Notes under the pieces: generated by a model
The model's database searches: none
The model's input: the letters and a program-made list of their open reading frames with translations, nothing else
Told to the model about the DNA's origin: nothing
Shown: in pieces, positions 1 through 11,584 of the stretch
Layout: every line of letters starts with the position of its first letter
How positions within the stretch are numbered: position 1 is the stretch's first letter
Assembly (NCBI GenBank): GCA_040357565.1
Contig: JBDODJ010000036.1
Direction: 5' to 3' (one strand)
DNA length: 64,000 nt
From: Cercozoa sp. M6MM
Lineage: Eukaryota; Protista; Endomyxa: Ascetosporea
Program-made: the position numbers and the translations under genes

Positions 1-1357
1 GATAGAACTGAGGTTGTGTACAGAAACTCGGGAGTGTAGGTGCGAAAGAAGGGTCGATCAATGTCATGCGGAGGCAAAGCGCCGTCGAAGGTGTCATCGT
101 AGTGTCTCGTCGGTACAGTGACTTCAGTGTAGGTACCTCGGTTGACGTAGAGCAGTCTGCCCGTGGAGTGATCGATGCGAGTAACCCATCCGAGTGGCAG
201 ACGCGGTCCTCGCGGCAGAAAGCCGCCTTGCAGCAAGTGCTGACAGTTGGGCATCTTCATGCGACGGCGCGTGCCTTCTTTGGGGTCAGCAAAGGAAGCA
301 TCGTTAATTTCGGGCCACGAGTCACTTGGCTCCACCGACACAAAGGAGAACTCTCGGTTGCCCAACTCAGGAACCCTGCGCTTGGGAAAGGTAAACTGGG
401 TGTAAAAAGAAACAGCCAAGGGAGTAAATTAACCTTGCATAAGCAATGCCGACCTCGGCTCTGGTCAGTCGCCAGGCGTATCGATTCACTTCTTTCGCCA
501 TGTGTTGCTGCTCTGCTCAGTCGACTCTCAAATTCAACTTGCCAGTGCACGAACAGGGTCATACTTGTACCCTTTGCTGCGACTTGGGGAGAAGGATAAT
601 GAACGAGTTCCAAGTATGACCTGAGACGTCGCACAACTTTAACTGTTCTACTCAGAATTTAAAAATAATAAAACCCGGCGCAAGGCTTTATATACCAAAA
701 TTCACTGGGAATACGTTGGTTTGTCGCCCTTGGTTCGCTGTGCAAAGATAACATCCAATGCAACGTTCTCGTTTATTCTGCGTCAACCGAGACAGAGCAA
801 TTCAAAACTGACTCAAAGGAAACATAAGTGATGCACAAAACACAGTACAGTACCTTCGGGTGCTGAGGATATCGCGCCTCTGGTTGAGCAGCACGCTGTT
901 GCGTTTCGTGTGGAAGGCACTGGCCGAAGTGTCAGTCTGTCAGTCGCAGCAGTACGACGATACTGTAGTTTGAAAGTACAGTACAGTACCATTGAGTCAC
1001 ACAAAACATCGCCATCGTCGAGCATTGACAGGTGTTTCAAATCTTCATCGCGCATCTCTTTCGAAAGCAGTTCGAGAAGAGCCTACCAGTCGCAATCTAG
1101 TCCTTGCATGTGCCCAGCAGGCACGACATTGTACCATGGAACTCGCTTCTGACTCCTCGTCATGATCGAGCTGTGCAGAACACCCCAGCGGTACAAAATA
1201 CAAGCAAAATGAAGTTTCACACTCACACCATTCGAAAGACGCGGTAGGGCAGGGATAGATCGTGCTGCAAACGTGCGCTTCCATGCATGTGCGACAGGTC
1301 GAAACTGCTTTTCGCCCAACACCCACTCGCGAACAGGAGCCAGGCAAGTAACAGCAT
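1..1357 (-). CDS. Hypothetical spliced protein with predicted signal peptide and a WW-like motif; runs off the window start
   Basis: ATG at 1357 gives MLLLAWLLFASGCWAKSS (signal-peptide-like). Phase-compatible GT-AG exons follow. The last exon reads LPLGWVTRIDHSTGRLLYVNRGTYT and is open to position 1. Confidence 0.55.
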
Positions 1358-1729
1358 TGTTGCCCAGCACTCGCCGCGACGTCTAAGCTCCGTAGATTCG
1401 GCACTGGGAATGCCTCATTTTCAATTCTGCCTTCGGAGTTTCTGTCACCACGCTCCTGATTCTAAACTGCAAAAGAGGCCAGGAGCTGCAAGCGAGCGGC
1501 AACTGAAATGCAAATTAAAAGCAGTCGAAAGTACGAGCGAAAACGGATACTGCAAGTTTATATTATTGTCCAGTACTGTTCGGCTTTGCATTTATGAGAC
1601 ACATAGTCCACTAGAACAGCAAGAAAATATTAGTGCTTCGTGTGAGCAACCCCTATGTCGCCTTCTATGTGTCCACGGTGAGGTTGTTTTGAGTTGTGTG
1701 TCCGCGCGGATTGCTTTTCGAGTTCAGAT

Positions 1730-2594
1730 GCGGTTGTCGTGTACCTCAACGCCCTCACACAGCCGAACCTGTCAAAGCTGATGTCGAAAGACCAAAGCGC
1801 AGTCGCTTGTTTCGATTGTGCCGGTTTCTGTGGCGAGTTGCGACATTGTACGCTTTGTTTTGGCTTTCTCCCCCAAGTGCGACTGGCGCTGTATTTCTGC
1901 ATTCGAGCAGGCTAAGTCTGGCGCACAAAGTGTTCCGGGTCGGAAGACATGTTTTGCTGCTCGCAACAGAAGGGTATGCTTCACCTTTCTCAGCTGTACA
2001 TTGTGTCTGATATTTCTTGGTTCTGCCAGACACGGAGGTACGCTTGGGATAGCTTTGATGCGCACAACCGCGCGGATACAGTTTCTCGCACACCGACTGT
2101 TCGGCTACAAGAAAGTACAGCGTTCGATTGTATCTTTATGTGTTTGGTTTCATTCAAGATACTTTATAATTAGAGTCGCGTGGTGGAGCACATGCTGGAC
2201 AAGAATCTCTCGCTGGCCCTGAACACACTCGAGGTCGCCAAGCGTGTTTCCCAGCAGCAAGCTCATGTGAGATTTCTTTCTTTCTTTTTGCAGGAAAATA
2301 CAGAACGAAAGCTTATGCGACGATGCACAGGTCCCGTCGACATGGCTGCAGCGTATGCAGCATGTGGTGCCGCCGAGTGCTCTCGCCGGCGCCGTCGATG
2401 CCGCGATCCTCGTGCAGCACTGGAGACAGGTCTCGGTACACATCCTTTGCTTGATTTAATTAATTGCTTTAATTGCTTTCGTTGTTGTATTGTGCTGCAA
2501 TCGAATTCTCGCGTAGCTCAAGTGGTCGCGCATCTACGCCTCGGTGCTGCGCACTCTGCGCTTTCTGCTCAACCTGCTGCAGGCTATGTTTTGA
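1730..2594 (+). CDS. Hypothetical spliced protein, weak PEX11-like similarity; 5' end uncertain
   Basis: Joined exons give LSLAHKVFRVGRHV...HMLDKNLSLALNTLEV...ALAGAVDAAILVQHW...LLNLLQAMF-TGA(2592-2594). LSLAxKVFRxG resembles the PEX11 amphipathic helix. Confidence 0.4.
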
Positions 2595-2857
2595 GTTCAG
2601 CTGCAAAAGCTTGCTCAAGCTTCCCACCCAGCGAACACACGTCAAAATCTTCCACACCTCTTGCGGTTTTCGGAAGACTTAAATGGCTTCCGCGCGGACA
2701 CAGTAGAGTATGTTGTACATACGTAGTACGTAATGCTAGAGTAGATCGCACGGCACGGCATCATATAGTACGGTAGCGTGCATGCGCAGACGATCGACGG
2801 ACCAATCGCAGTGATAACGCGATGATTGCAAGATACAAGTCAGTCCTGCGCAGTGAA

Positions 2858-3045
2858 CTATGATTCTTCTTGTGCCTGGCCTGGACTGACATCGTCCTCA
2901 GACTGCTGCTGCTGCTGCTGCTGTTGCTGTTGTTCGGCGGCGTCGTTGTTGTTGTTGGCGAGACGGCGGCGCAGTGCCTCAGGCTCGGTCTTGTCGGTCG
3001 TTGGCGGTTTTCTAGGACAGAAAGGTATAGACACACATGGGTGTG

Positions 3046-3084
<39 letters not shown>

Positions 3085-5111
3085 TCAGGGTACTGTCGGT
3101 ACTCGGAGAGTTCCTCCCAGCGGTCCTGCAGGTGCTCCTCGGAGTGCTCGCCCTGCAGTGCCGACACAAAGGCCGCCACCTGGCGTGGCGAGAAACTCTG
3201 CATCAGCTCGTCCACGTGGCCGTACCTGCCGGCACGGGGAGCAAAGGGGGTACAGGGGTACAGGGGTAAATGCAGTAGAGGGACAAAAGCACTGTACCGA
3301 GTCGTGATGGCACTTTGCACTTCCTCCGCCACTACAACACATACACGTATGTTTACCCTCCCCCTTTACCCCCTCGTTGCCATACCTTCTGTCAACTGAC
3401 GCTGCAACTTCTTCTGCGTGTCCCAGCCTAGAGGAATCGGAGGTAAGCGAGGGTAAAAGGGGGGAAGAGGATATGAGGGATGGCTACAGTTGAGAGCATG
3501 TGGTCGCAGTCGCTGCACGCGATCAATCTGCGCTTGCGAAAGACCGACTTGCTTCCCCTCCGGGGGGGGGGGGGGGGGGGTAAACGGAGTAGGGGTAGGG
3601 TAACATAGCGTAAAGCATGGCACCAGCAGAATGCGAAACACTGACGTCGGCGACGTGAAGAACTCCGGCCTATCCACGGGGGGGGGGGGGGGCAAGAGGG
3701 GTAAGAGGGGGTCAGGGGGGATAAATACACTACCGTCGCTGCGAGAGCGCCCAAAGCAGCCACTTGGAGTGGTGTAGCGGCTCCAACGCCACGGCCACGC
3801 GGTTCACGTAGTAGTGCACCTGTCCATTTGGACCATAGTCCCCAAGAGGTACGGTCCATTAGTACACTTGAACAGAAACGCAATATACCGCATCCTGACG
3901 CAGTCGAGAATTCTCAACAAAGTCGCGCAAATGCTCGGCCATCTCGCCCTGCATAATACCCTCTCATTTACCCCCTCTTCACCCAACCCCTCCCTTTCGC
4001 CCCCAAGACAGACACAGGCAGACAGAGAGAACCTGATCCTGCGCGCTCTTCAAGGCTACGACACATATGCATCATTGATACAGAGGGGCAAAGGGGGCAA
4101 GGGTAAAGAGGCTATACCCTCCAGGGCCGACTGCTGCGCCTGCTTGTGTCGCTGCGCCATCTGCTCGCGCGACTGCGTCTGTTGCAGCTCGCCGCGTTTC
4201 AGTTCCCTATGGGAAGGGTAAAACGGTAATGGGTAAGAAAGAAGGAGGGGGGTAAGACTACCTCAACTGCTCAGTGAGCTTGCGTTTCTGTTCCTCGAGC
4301 GACGCGATGTAGGCCTTCTTTCTCGCACGTGCCTGCCGCGCTTGCTCAGCCTGAGGGGTAATGGGGTCAAGGGTAAACAGAGGGTAAAGGAGGTGTAAAC
4401 GAGGGGGATGCCACCTTCTTCTTGAGACGCGAGCTGCGCCGTCCAGTACCCGATGATGCGACCGAGTTGTTGGAACCGTCGCTGTCAATCGGCACTGCCG
4501 TCAGTGCCGCCGACTGACGGTGTGCCACGTGGCCACCTCCCACGTGGTCGCCTGCCGTGCCGACCGAGTCGACTGTGCCGACAGCGACACTGCCTGTCAC
4601 CGTGGGCACTGGCGTCACCTTGCGACGTTTCTGCGGGGTGGCAAGGGGGTAAGGGGAAGAGGGGATAGGTGGGGGATAAAGGGGCAAAACCATGTCAGGC
4701 TGCACAGCAGTGAAGTGGAGCGACGACAGCGCCGGAATCGTCGGCGGCACTGTTGGAGCGTGCAGCGACAATGCCTCATGTTGCTGTTGTTTTTCTTGTT
4801 GTTTTTGGTGTTGTCGTTGTTGTTGTTGCTGCTGCTGCTGCTGTTGTTGTGGTTGTTGTTGCTGTTGTTGTTGTTGCTGGGAGTACAGCGGCGCCAACTA
4901 CATTGGACGGGGATGACGAAGTACAGAAGGTAAGGGGTACAGTGCTAGTACGAGTGCGCTAGGCGACAGTGCATCATCGAAGAGCGAGGAACCTTGCGCC
5001 AGTAACGCTGCCAAGTCGCCTGCCTCAAAGGGAATAATGGATAAGCACAGGTGGATTAAAGAGCTACCACTCAGTGCACTCTCGTGCATCTGTGCCTACA
5101 ACAGAAGGCGG

Positions 5112-5173
<62 letters not shown>

Positions 5174-5629
5174 ACACGTGCAGGCATGTGTACAACATGC
5201 TGCGTGTGCGACGGCACTTGCGTCGAGTGCATCGACATGGCCGACGCAAAGTCCACCGCACTTGGCAGTGCTGCACTGCACACGCATACACCATGGGGAG
5301 ATCAGTATACAAACATAAATGGTATGGGAAAGGAGGCTACGTGCTGTCAAGACGAAACGTGTTCCGCGCGGAAGGAGGCGTTCCTTGCGGCGGTGTCGGT
5401 ATGTCTACACAGGCACAACCATAAAGAGACGCAGGGAAACAAAGGACACAGGTACCGCTCAGCAGAGGATTGCCCTCCAATAGCGACACATCGTCACTTG
5501 TGCTGTCTGCGAACATTGACCTGCGAACGAACACGAAAGTGACTGAGTACATCCTTGAGGGTCAAAAAGAGAACAATACTCCATCGGAGTCGTGAGCGAA
5601 AGCCATTGGTCCGGGCCGATGTTATTCAT
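2858..5629 (-). CDS. bZIP transcription factor with polyQ tracts and a C-terminal helical (DOG1-like) region
   Basis: Spliced basic region and zipper RRSSRLKKK|AEQARQARARKKAYIASLEEQKRKLTEQLR|ELKRGELQ. Downstream VGLSQAQIDRVQRL...FSPRQVAAF. PolyQ at 4780-4880 and 2903-2950. ATG at 5629, stop at 2858. Confidence 0.75.
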
Positions 5630-5632
5630 CCT

Positions 5633-5669
<37 letters not shown>

Positions 5670-6090
5670 TTTTTGGCCTGCGTCAGGAACAACACGCTCG
5701 CTACGGCCAGCTTTAAAACTCTACGGACACACACTTGCGCACACTAAGGCTGCTCACGATGCCCGGATTGTGAAAAATAGTTGACCGTCGTTGTTGTTGA
5801 GGTTGATCGATTGATCTGTCAGCTTTTTCCCCAAAAAGCATATCGATGGTTTCTAACTAATTCAGAGTAAAGTCAGCGCTTAGTTTACGCTACTTCGAAA
5901 GGGCACTTTGTTGTTGGCTTCGAAAGAAAGCCATCCCTCCGCGCGTCACTAAAAAATTATATCCTCACTAACAAAAATGTTGTTGGAGTGTTCGGAAGCG
6001 TGTGGAACGCACCGTCACTGGTCGCCTTACGCAAATGTCCATCCTGCGTCAGGCGGCGGTATCTTGCAGCAAGGTTGTGTGCGTCGCCTG

Positions 6091-6513
6091 TCAAGTCCCA
6101 CAGTACAATTTTAAATGGGGACACAGCCAGAGACCGTGTTGCAATTGGGCGAAACAGATCGTACTGTCAATGTGTGCTCTCTTCCAAGCGCGTGTGTCAC
6201 TTTGGCAGTCCTTTGAGGTGCCGAATGGAGCCGAGAGTGGACTTTCGTGTCGCCATTGCTTCGCTTTCTCATCGATACCGCTTGGTCGGGTCTCGTGCAA
6301 TACTCGCAGCTGTTGTAGCGCTGCATCCACATCGAGGTGCGCGACAACACTCTTGCGTCCCGGAATCTCATGTGCGCTCAGCACTGTGGCACAGTATTTG
6401 CTCGCAGTCTCGTGTACCAAATAAAAGCAGGCAGCGTACAGTAAGTTTAATTTAGAGTGAAGCTTACTGGGCGCGCCTTTGACGTTGGCCAAATCAACGT
6501 GAAGAGACGCCAT
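6091..6513 (-). CDS. Possible small hypothetical protein
   Basis: 140-aa ORF with plausible composition (AHLDVDAALQQLRVLHE, ESPLSAPFGT); no recognisable motif. Confidence 0.25.
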   Translation of the reverse strand: MASLHVDLANVKGAPSKLHSKLNLLYAACFYLVHETASKYCATVLSAHEIPGRKSVVAHLDVDAALQQLRVLHETRPSGIDEKAKQWRHESPLSAPFGTSKDCQSDTRAWKRAHIDSTICFAQLQHGLWLCPHLKLYCGT

Positions 6514-6523
6514 GGTGTGGTTC

Positions 6524-8420
6524 TCAGGGTAGGTTTGTGTGTCGTGCGGATTGAAACTTTTTGACTACAGTTTTCAAACATACATGCACTGTACACCCAA
6601 AACCACGCAGTTGCAGAGCGAAACCTACAGCTGCTTCGCGTTCTTTCCACTCTGAAAGCACCTTGCGCGACTCGGCGTACTCTTTGGCGAGAGCGCGTTC
6701 GCCAACGTCGCTCCCTTGGTTCCACGGCTTGTTCAGCGGATTCCGTTCGGACGATGTGTACAGATATGCGAGCTTTTCAGGTGCAGGTCGTCGCACCGAG
6801 TGCGCAGTAAATTTATCGGCGTCGATTTGGTCGCGACTCGGCATGAGGTAGCCATCGATGGCTTCGATTTGCTGCTTTTGGAACGATTTCAGACAGGGTC
6901 TCCGTCTCACTCTCGGTTGCATGAACTCTTCCTCGGGCTGAGTTCCAACTCAATTCAACAGCTAAACTGAAATTAAACGTAAAGAGTTCTTGCCAGATCA
7001 ACGGCCTTGTTTAGCAGCAGTGACGTCACGCGATCTGAGTTTAGAAGTTTCGTAGCACGTTTACGAGAGCCTTCCTTGACGATGAGTTCGTCTTCAAACG
7101 ATTCAGTCTGGCAGTGCATACCACCGACTCGAGGAATGTGCTCCGGTAAAGGCCTATCCTGCCAAGAAATGATATCGCCATGTCCTGGTCGTCTGCGCAC
7201 TCTACGAGGGGTTTCGCTCAAAGGTATTTGGTCAAACACGTCCAACGTGTCACCTCGACGCGAAACGGATTGTTTTTTGCCGGGTATCAACTTTGACGTC
7301 AGACCGTCGCCCTGCTGCCAGCTCACAACATCACCGTTACCAGTCGCGTGTTTCGGTCTTCGCAAAGATGGCTCAGGACGCAGGATGGCGTATTGGCGTG
7401 CCGTCATATCTATCTCCGAGTACTCTGACTCTGGGGGCAGCTCTGTCTCAGCTGCGAATCCAAGAGCATGAATGATGAACCATCTCGCCAAGGATGAATG
7501 ATGCGCACTTCAGATACCTTCTCCACGACGTCGGGGCTGATGCTCGACCGGGCGAAGAAAAGCGCGAGACAAGTCGCGCAGTGATATGCTATCCGGAGCA
7601 GTATCGACGCAGTACAGCAAGTGCTCCTGCTCGTCGGACAGCTTTGTGACTCCCAGAAGCGGGGGAATACGCTGGCGCAAGTAACTCGTCGACAACTCTT
7701 GTCGGAGGAAGCGGCGAAACAGTTTCAGGAGAGAAGAACGAGCCTCTTTGGACAGCATCGGCGGGAGCTCAGTAAACTCAGCTGTGTGCAGCGCCTTCAA
7801 GTGCGTACGCGGAGCAGCAGGTGCACGGTGCTCGCGAAAGATGTCGGCGCGGTTTTTGTCGGTTTGCTCCCACGACAACTGGTCGTGCACATACCTCGCA
7901 CTTTCTCTGCGCGGACATACTGTCACGTGCGAAGAGCTCAACTCGTCGAGTGGAGCGGTTGCAGCTGTTGGGGATATAAGAGCGGCGCTCGAGAGCAAGT
8001 TGCTTTGGAGCGCTTTTTGAATCTGCAACGGCTTTTCTTCGCAGGTCGGATCCGTCGTCATGAGAGCAGAAAGCAAACCTCGAAGATGTGGAGGCTCGCC
8101 CAAATCGATTTTGCGAAGGTACTCTTGCAACGCACCCGTTCTCTCGACACCCATCGCGGTAACTGCGCAAACCAAGCAGGCAGGAAGTTTCGGGTTAATT
8201 CAGAGCAAAGAGGCAGGCGATGCTCCTGATACAGTGCAAAAAACTCACGTGCATCGACCAATTTCATTCCGCCGATTCTTCCTGTGGCAAACTGCTGGAA
8301 AAGACTTAGTACTTCGTCCTTGTGCTTGGAAATCGCTGTTCTTTGGCGTTCTTGAAAATCCAACGAGATGCCAAGTGAAGTGCTGCCGGCGGTGTGACTA
8401 CTTGAGCCACTTGCCGACAT
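6524..8420 (-). CDS. Hypothetical protein with two degenerate EF-hand-like helical units and repeated GDxxSW motifs; 3' end uncertain
   Basis: ORFs 8058-8420, 7510-8175, 6973-7491 and 6524-6922 join through phase-compatible GT-AG introns. Motifs: EVLSLFQQFATGRIGGMKLVDALTAMGV, SLLKLFRRFLRQELS, GNGDVVSW, GHGDIISW. Confidence 0.6.
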
Positions 8421-8715
8421 GATATAGTTCTCTATGCACTAATCTCCCACGCTGCAAAAAGTTCCGATCGAGTTAACATGAGTCAAGTTTTCACGCGCAG
8501 CGTTTCGCAGCCCTCGGGCTTGCGTGACGAAAAACTGTCACAGCAGACAGGGTACCGGGACTGTAAATTGGCACTGGTATGCACTATACGTACCACAGGC
8601 TTTAGGTGCTTTAGTGCGGGAAACAGTATTGCCGGCCAGGCCCCGGAGGCAAAGAACGAGTGTCGTGTCAGACTGTGCACAGTCGAGTCCGTCGAGTAGC
8701 CGGGCAGAACTTCAG

Positions 8716-8768
8716 CCAGTTAGTTAGTTGAGTCTTCTAGGAAACCAACTATGTAGTTCCCCTGCACC
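8716..8768. repeat. Dispersed intergenic element, copy A (second copy at 36255-36318)
   Basis: ccagttagttagttgagtcttct..gaaaccaactatgtagttcccctgcacc aligns with ccagttagttggttcagtctact..gaaaccaactatgaagtttccctgcacc. Confidence 0.8.
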
Positions 8769-9106
8769 AGTCTGGGGTGGGTCACAAGAGCATGGCCGTG
8801 TCTACCGCCCTCTTAGGGTAGGACCATACAACTCCCCTTTTGACGTTCCCCAGACACCGAAGTCGACTTCATGGTTGGTGCCAATTTACGCCGTGACACC
8901 AGGAGTACTTGAAGCCGAAAGTTGGAATCGAACCCAGGAAGTAGATTAAATAAAACGCAACGTCAGGTGCACTTCGTGCGGTCGCGATTGCGACCGAGTT
9001 AGTTCAAGGAAGAAGGAAGGGTTCGAACGAGAGCCCAGTCGGGCTACACAACGACAACGGGGAGGTGCAGAGTGCAAATACAGACCGTACTCTGCCTCCA
9101 GTCAGT

Positions 9107-10150
9107 TTAGAAGTGCTTGCGTTTTTCGACCACAAGCTCGACGTGAGCCTGTATGAGTTGATGCGCACTGGCGGCGGAGAGTTCGCCGTTCTCTTGCGCC
9201 TTGAGAATGACGGCGACCTGGCTGACCAGTGCGCCGTCCTGTTGCGACGGGAGTCGCGTGTACCTGCAGATGCCACACAGCACATACACACACACAGAGT
9301 CAAGTTGTGACACACACACACGCGCGCGCGCGCAGTAAAGGCAGAGTGCGCGTGAAGTGAGATGGTTGGTTGTGTACCGCATGGGCGGCACAGAAGTCGT
9401 TGGCAGTGCCTCTGCCAAGAGGAGGTACTCTACAGACAGACACGGTCAATATAAAGGTATGACGGGAAGGAGAAGGAAGGAAGGAAAGACAAGAAGGGAA
9501 GGAAGGAAAGACAAGAAGGGAAGGAAGGAAGGAAAGACAAGAAGGGAAGAGACAAAGAGACAAAGAGACAAAGGAGAAAGAGAGAAAGACAGCTACCGCG
9601 CCACTGCGCGAGCACGGCTGCATGCTCGGCAACGAGTGTGCCGATGCGACGGTAAGTCATCGCGAGCTGCTGGCGGTGCAGCACCAGACCAGCAGCGTGT
9701 TGGGCAGCGCGCTTGCCCAGCGCGCGCTGCACACCGCCCGACTGCTTGTCAGCAGCTGCGGTGATGGAGTGCAAGACGGCCAGTCTGGCGGCCTTGCGGC
9801 GGCGGCGGCGGAACACGCGGGCAGAAAGTCGCGCCACGCCGCGTTTCAGGATCTTCGGGATCGCTTTGGGATTCTGTCCCACCAAACGATTACAGGTAAA
9901 ACTTAGATTGACACAAAAACAAAACAAAACAATTGTACACTCCTCTAAACAAGCAACAACACAGCACACGAGGTGTCACCAACCACGCGGGCACTAGTGT
10001 GTGTACCGTCGCTTTGTCGGTACGGTAGGTAGAGGACAAAAAGTGTTTTCTCAGAATTGGTGATCGATCGGTGCTCAAACGATCCCGGTCCAGCACGAAA
10101 CCGTGCAGCTCGACGAGTGTGCCACCATTTTGGCGTTTTACGTGTACACT
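9107..10150 (-). CDS. Hypothetical spliced protein; probably extends 5' towards ~11.0 kb
   Basis: GC3-rich exons joined in phase (IPKILKRGVARLSAR...AVLAQWR|EYLLLAEALP...|YTRLPSQQDG...VVEKRKHF-TAA at 9107). Confidence 0.5.
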
Positions 10151-11101
10151 GCTCTTAACGTAGTCTAGAGCAGTGCATTCGTACCGCACACACAAAATAC
10201 AAAGTGCTGGCTGTCCAAGGCGAACTAAGACGCAGTGTGGCGTGAGAAAAGCCCGAAAACAACAACCATCGGTCCGGGCCCTGTGGCACACGTTTTGAGG
10301 AATTTCTCGCTGTGGAGTGCCCCAGGAGGCACGTGCTTTGGCAGATGGCACGTGGCACAGGTTCCACGCCCAGCGACGGACCCTCGGCCTCGTTCCTTAG
10401 GATCCTGCGATTGATCACAATTTCTGATTTCTGGGTCACTCTGCAAAAACAGCGAGTCGACAAGGCAACCGATAGCAACTCGTACGTGCCTGATACGCTC
10501 CGGACTGCCACTGTGGCACAAACACTCTAATCTGCCTCGGCAGACCGTGCGCCGAGGCTTGCTGTGTGTAGCCAACACAAGACGAAATCTCCTTGCTGGC
10601 ATCACTTACAGTACTGTACGTTCGTGCTACTATTACTGCTTTGTGTCTATTACAGCAATCAGAGTTGCCAACCAAAAGAAATGGCATCGTTGCATCACGG
10701 TTTGATATGGTGGCAGTCGGAACACTAGCTGGTTACAGTACTGTACAAGGGTATTAAAAAGGAGGTCATAAGGGCAGGGGTGCAGGGAGCAGAAGCTGGT
10801 ACAGAATACATGACGTCTTTTGTTCATGAGACGAACACAGAGAGCGCCGCGAGCGGGGGGTTGCTTTCCGTCTTCTACGACAGGCAGAAACAAGAACACC
10901 GGACGATACATACGATAGCTGCAGAATCGAATGGTGCCTGTAACTGAATGGCATACACATCAGGCCAGTACGTGGCCGGGCAATCGTAGCTCACCAGTTT
11001 AGGTAAAATCAGCCCAGTAGGTAAAAGCGTTAACCGAAAAAGTAGGTAAAATTGCGCAGTTCGCATGAACATCAGACAGCGCATGCCGATCGCGGAGCCA
11101 C

Positions 11102-11539
11102 TTATCGCCGCGCCTGCATCGGCGCAGTGTGCGCAAATCGTCGTCGTCCGACGCGCGAGCGATCGGCATCGTCTAGCGGCGGCGTGCGGTGATGCTGCTG
11201 GCGCTGCAGACGCTGGTTGACGCTGAGCAGTGCATGTACATGTCAGAGCCCTTGATGGAAGGGAGGAATCAAATCAAGGAACAGCAAAGCCAAGGTACTG
11301 CGCAGGATCGTGTGCGTGCGGATTGTGCGCGTTTGTGTCGTCGAAAGGCGACGACTTTTTCGACGAAACAGGCTTCCTGCTGCTGCTGCTGCTGCCACGC
11401 TGTCGCGACGACGGCGGTCTCGCTCGCGGCATCTGCGATGAGTGCGGATGCCCGGCGGTGCCGTACGGCGTCTGATACGGATGCGTGAACCGTCTCTCGG
11501 GCACAAACTGTGTTTGGACACAAGACAGTCAGATACAGA

Positions 11540-11584
<45 letters not shown>

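Noticed and set aside
5037-5542. Many ORFs with HTHTHT / VCVCVC / YIYIYI / RERERE runs, here and throughout the window
   Set aside because: They are translations of intronic (CA)n, (TA)n and (GA)n microsatellites, not proteins.
8905-8990. tRNA gene suggested by GGTTCGATTCC on the minus strand
   Set aside because: The T-stem pairs poorly and no D-arm, anticodon arm or acceptor stem can be built; kept only as a B-box-like note.
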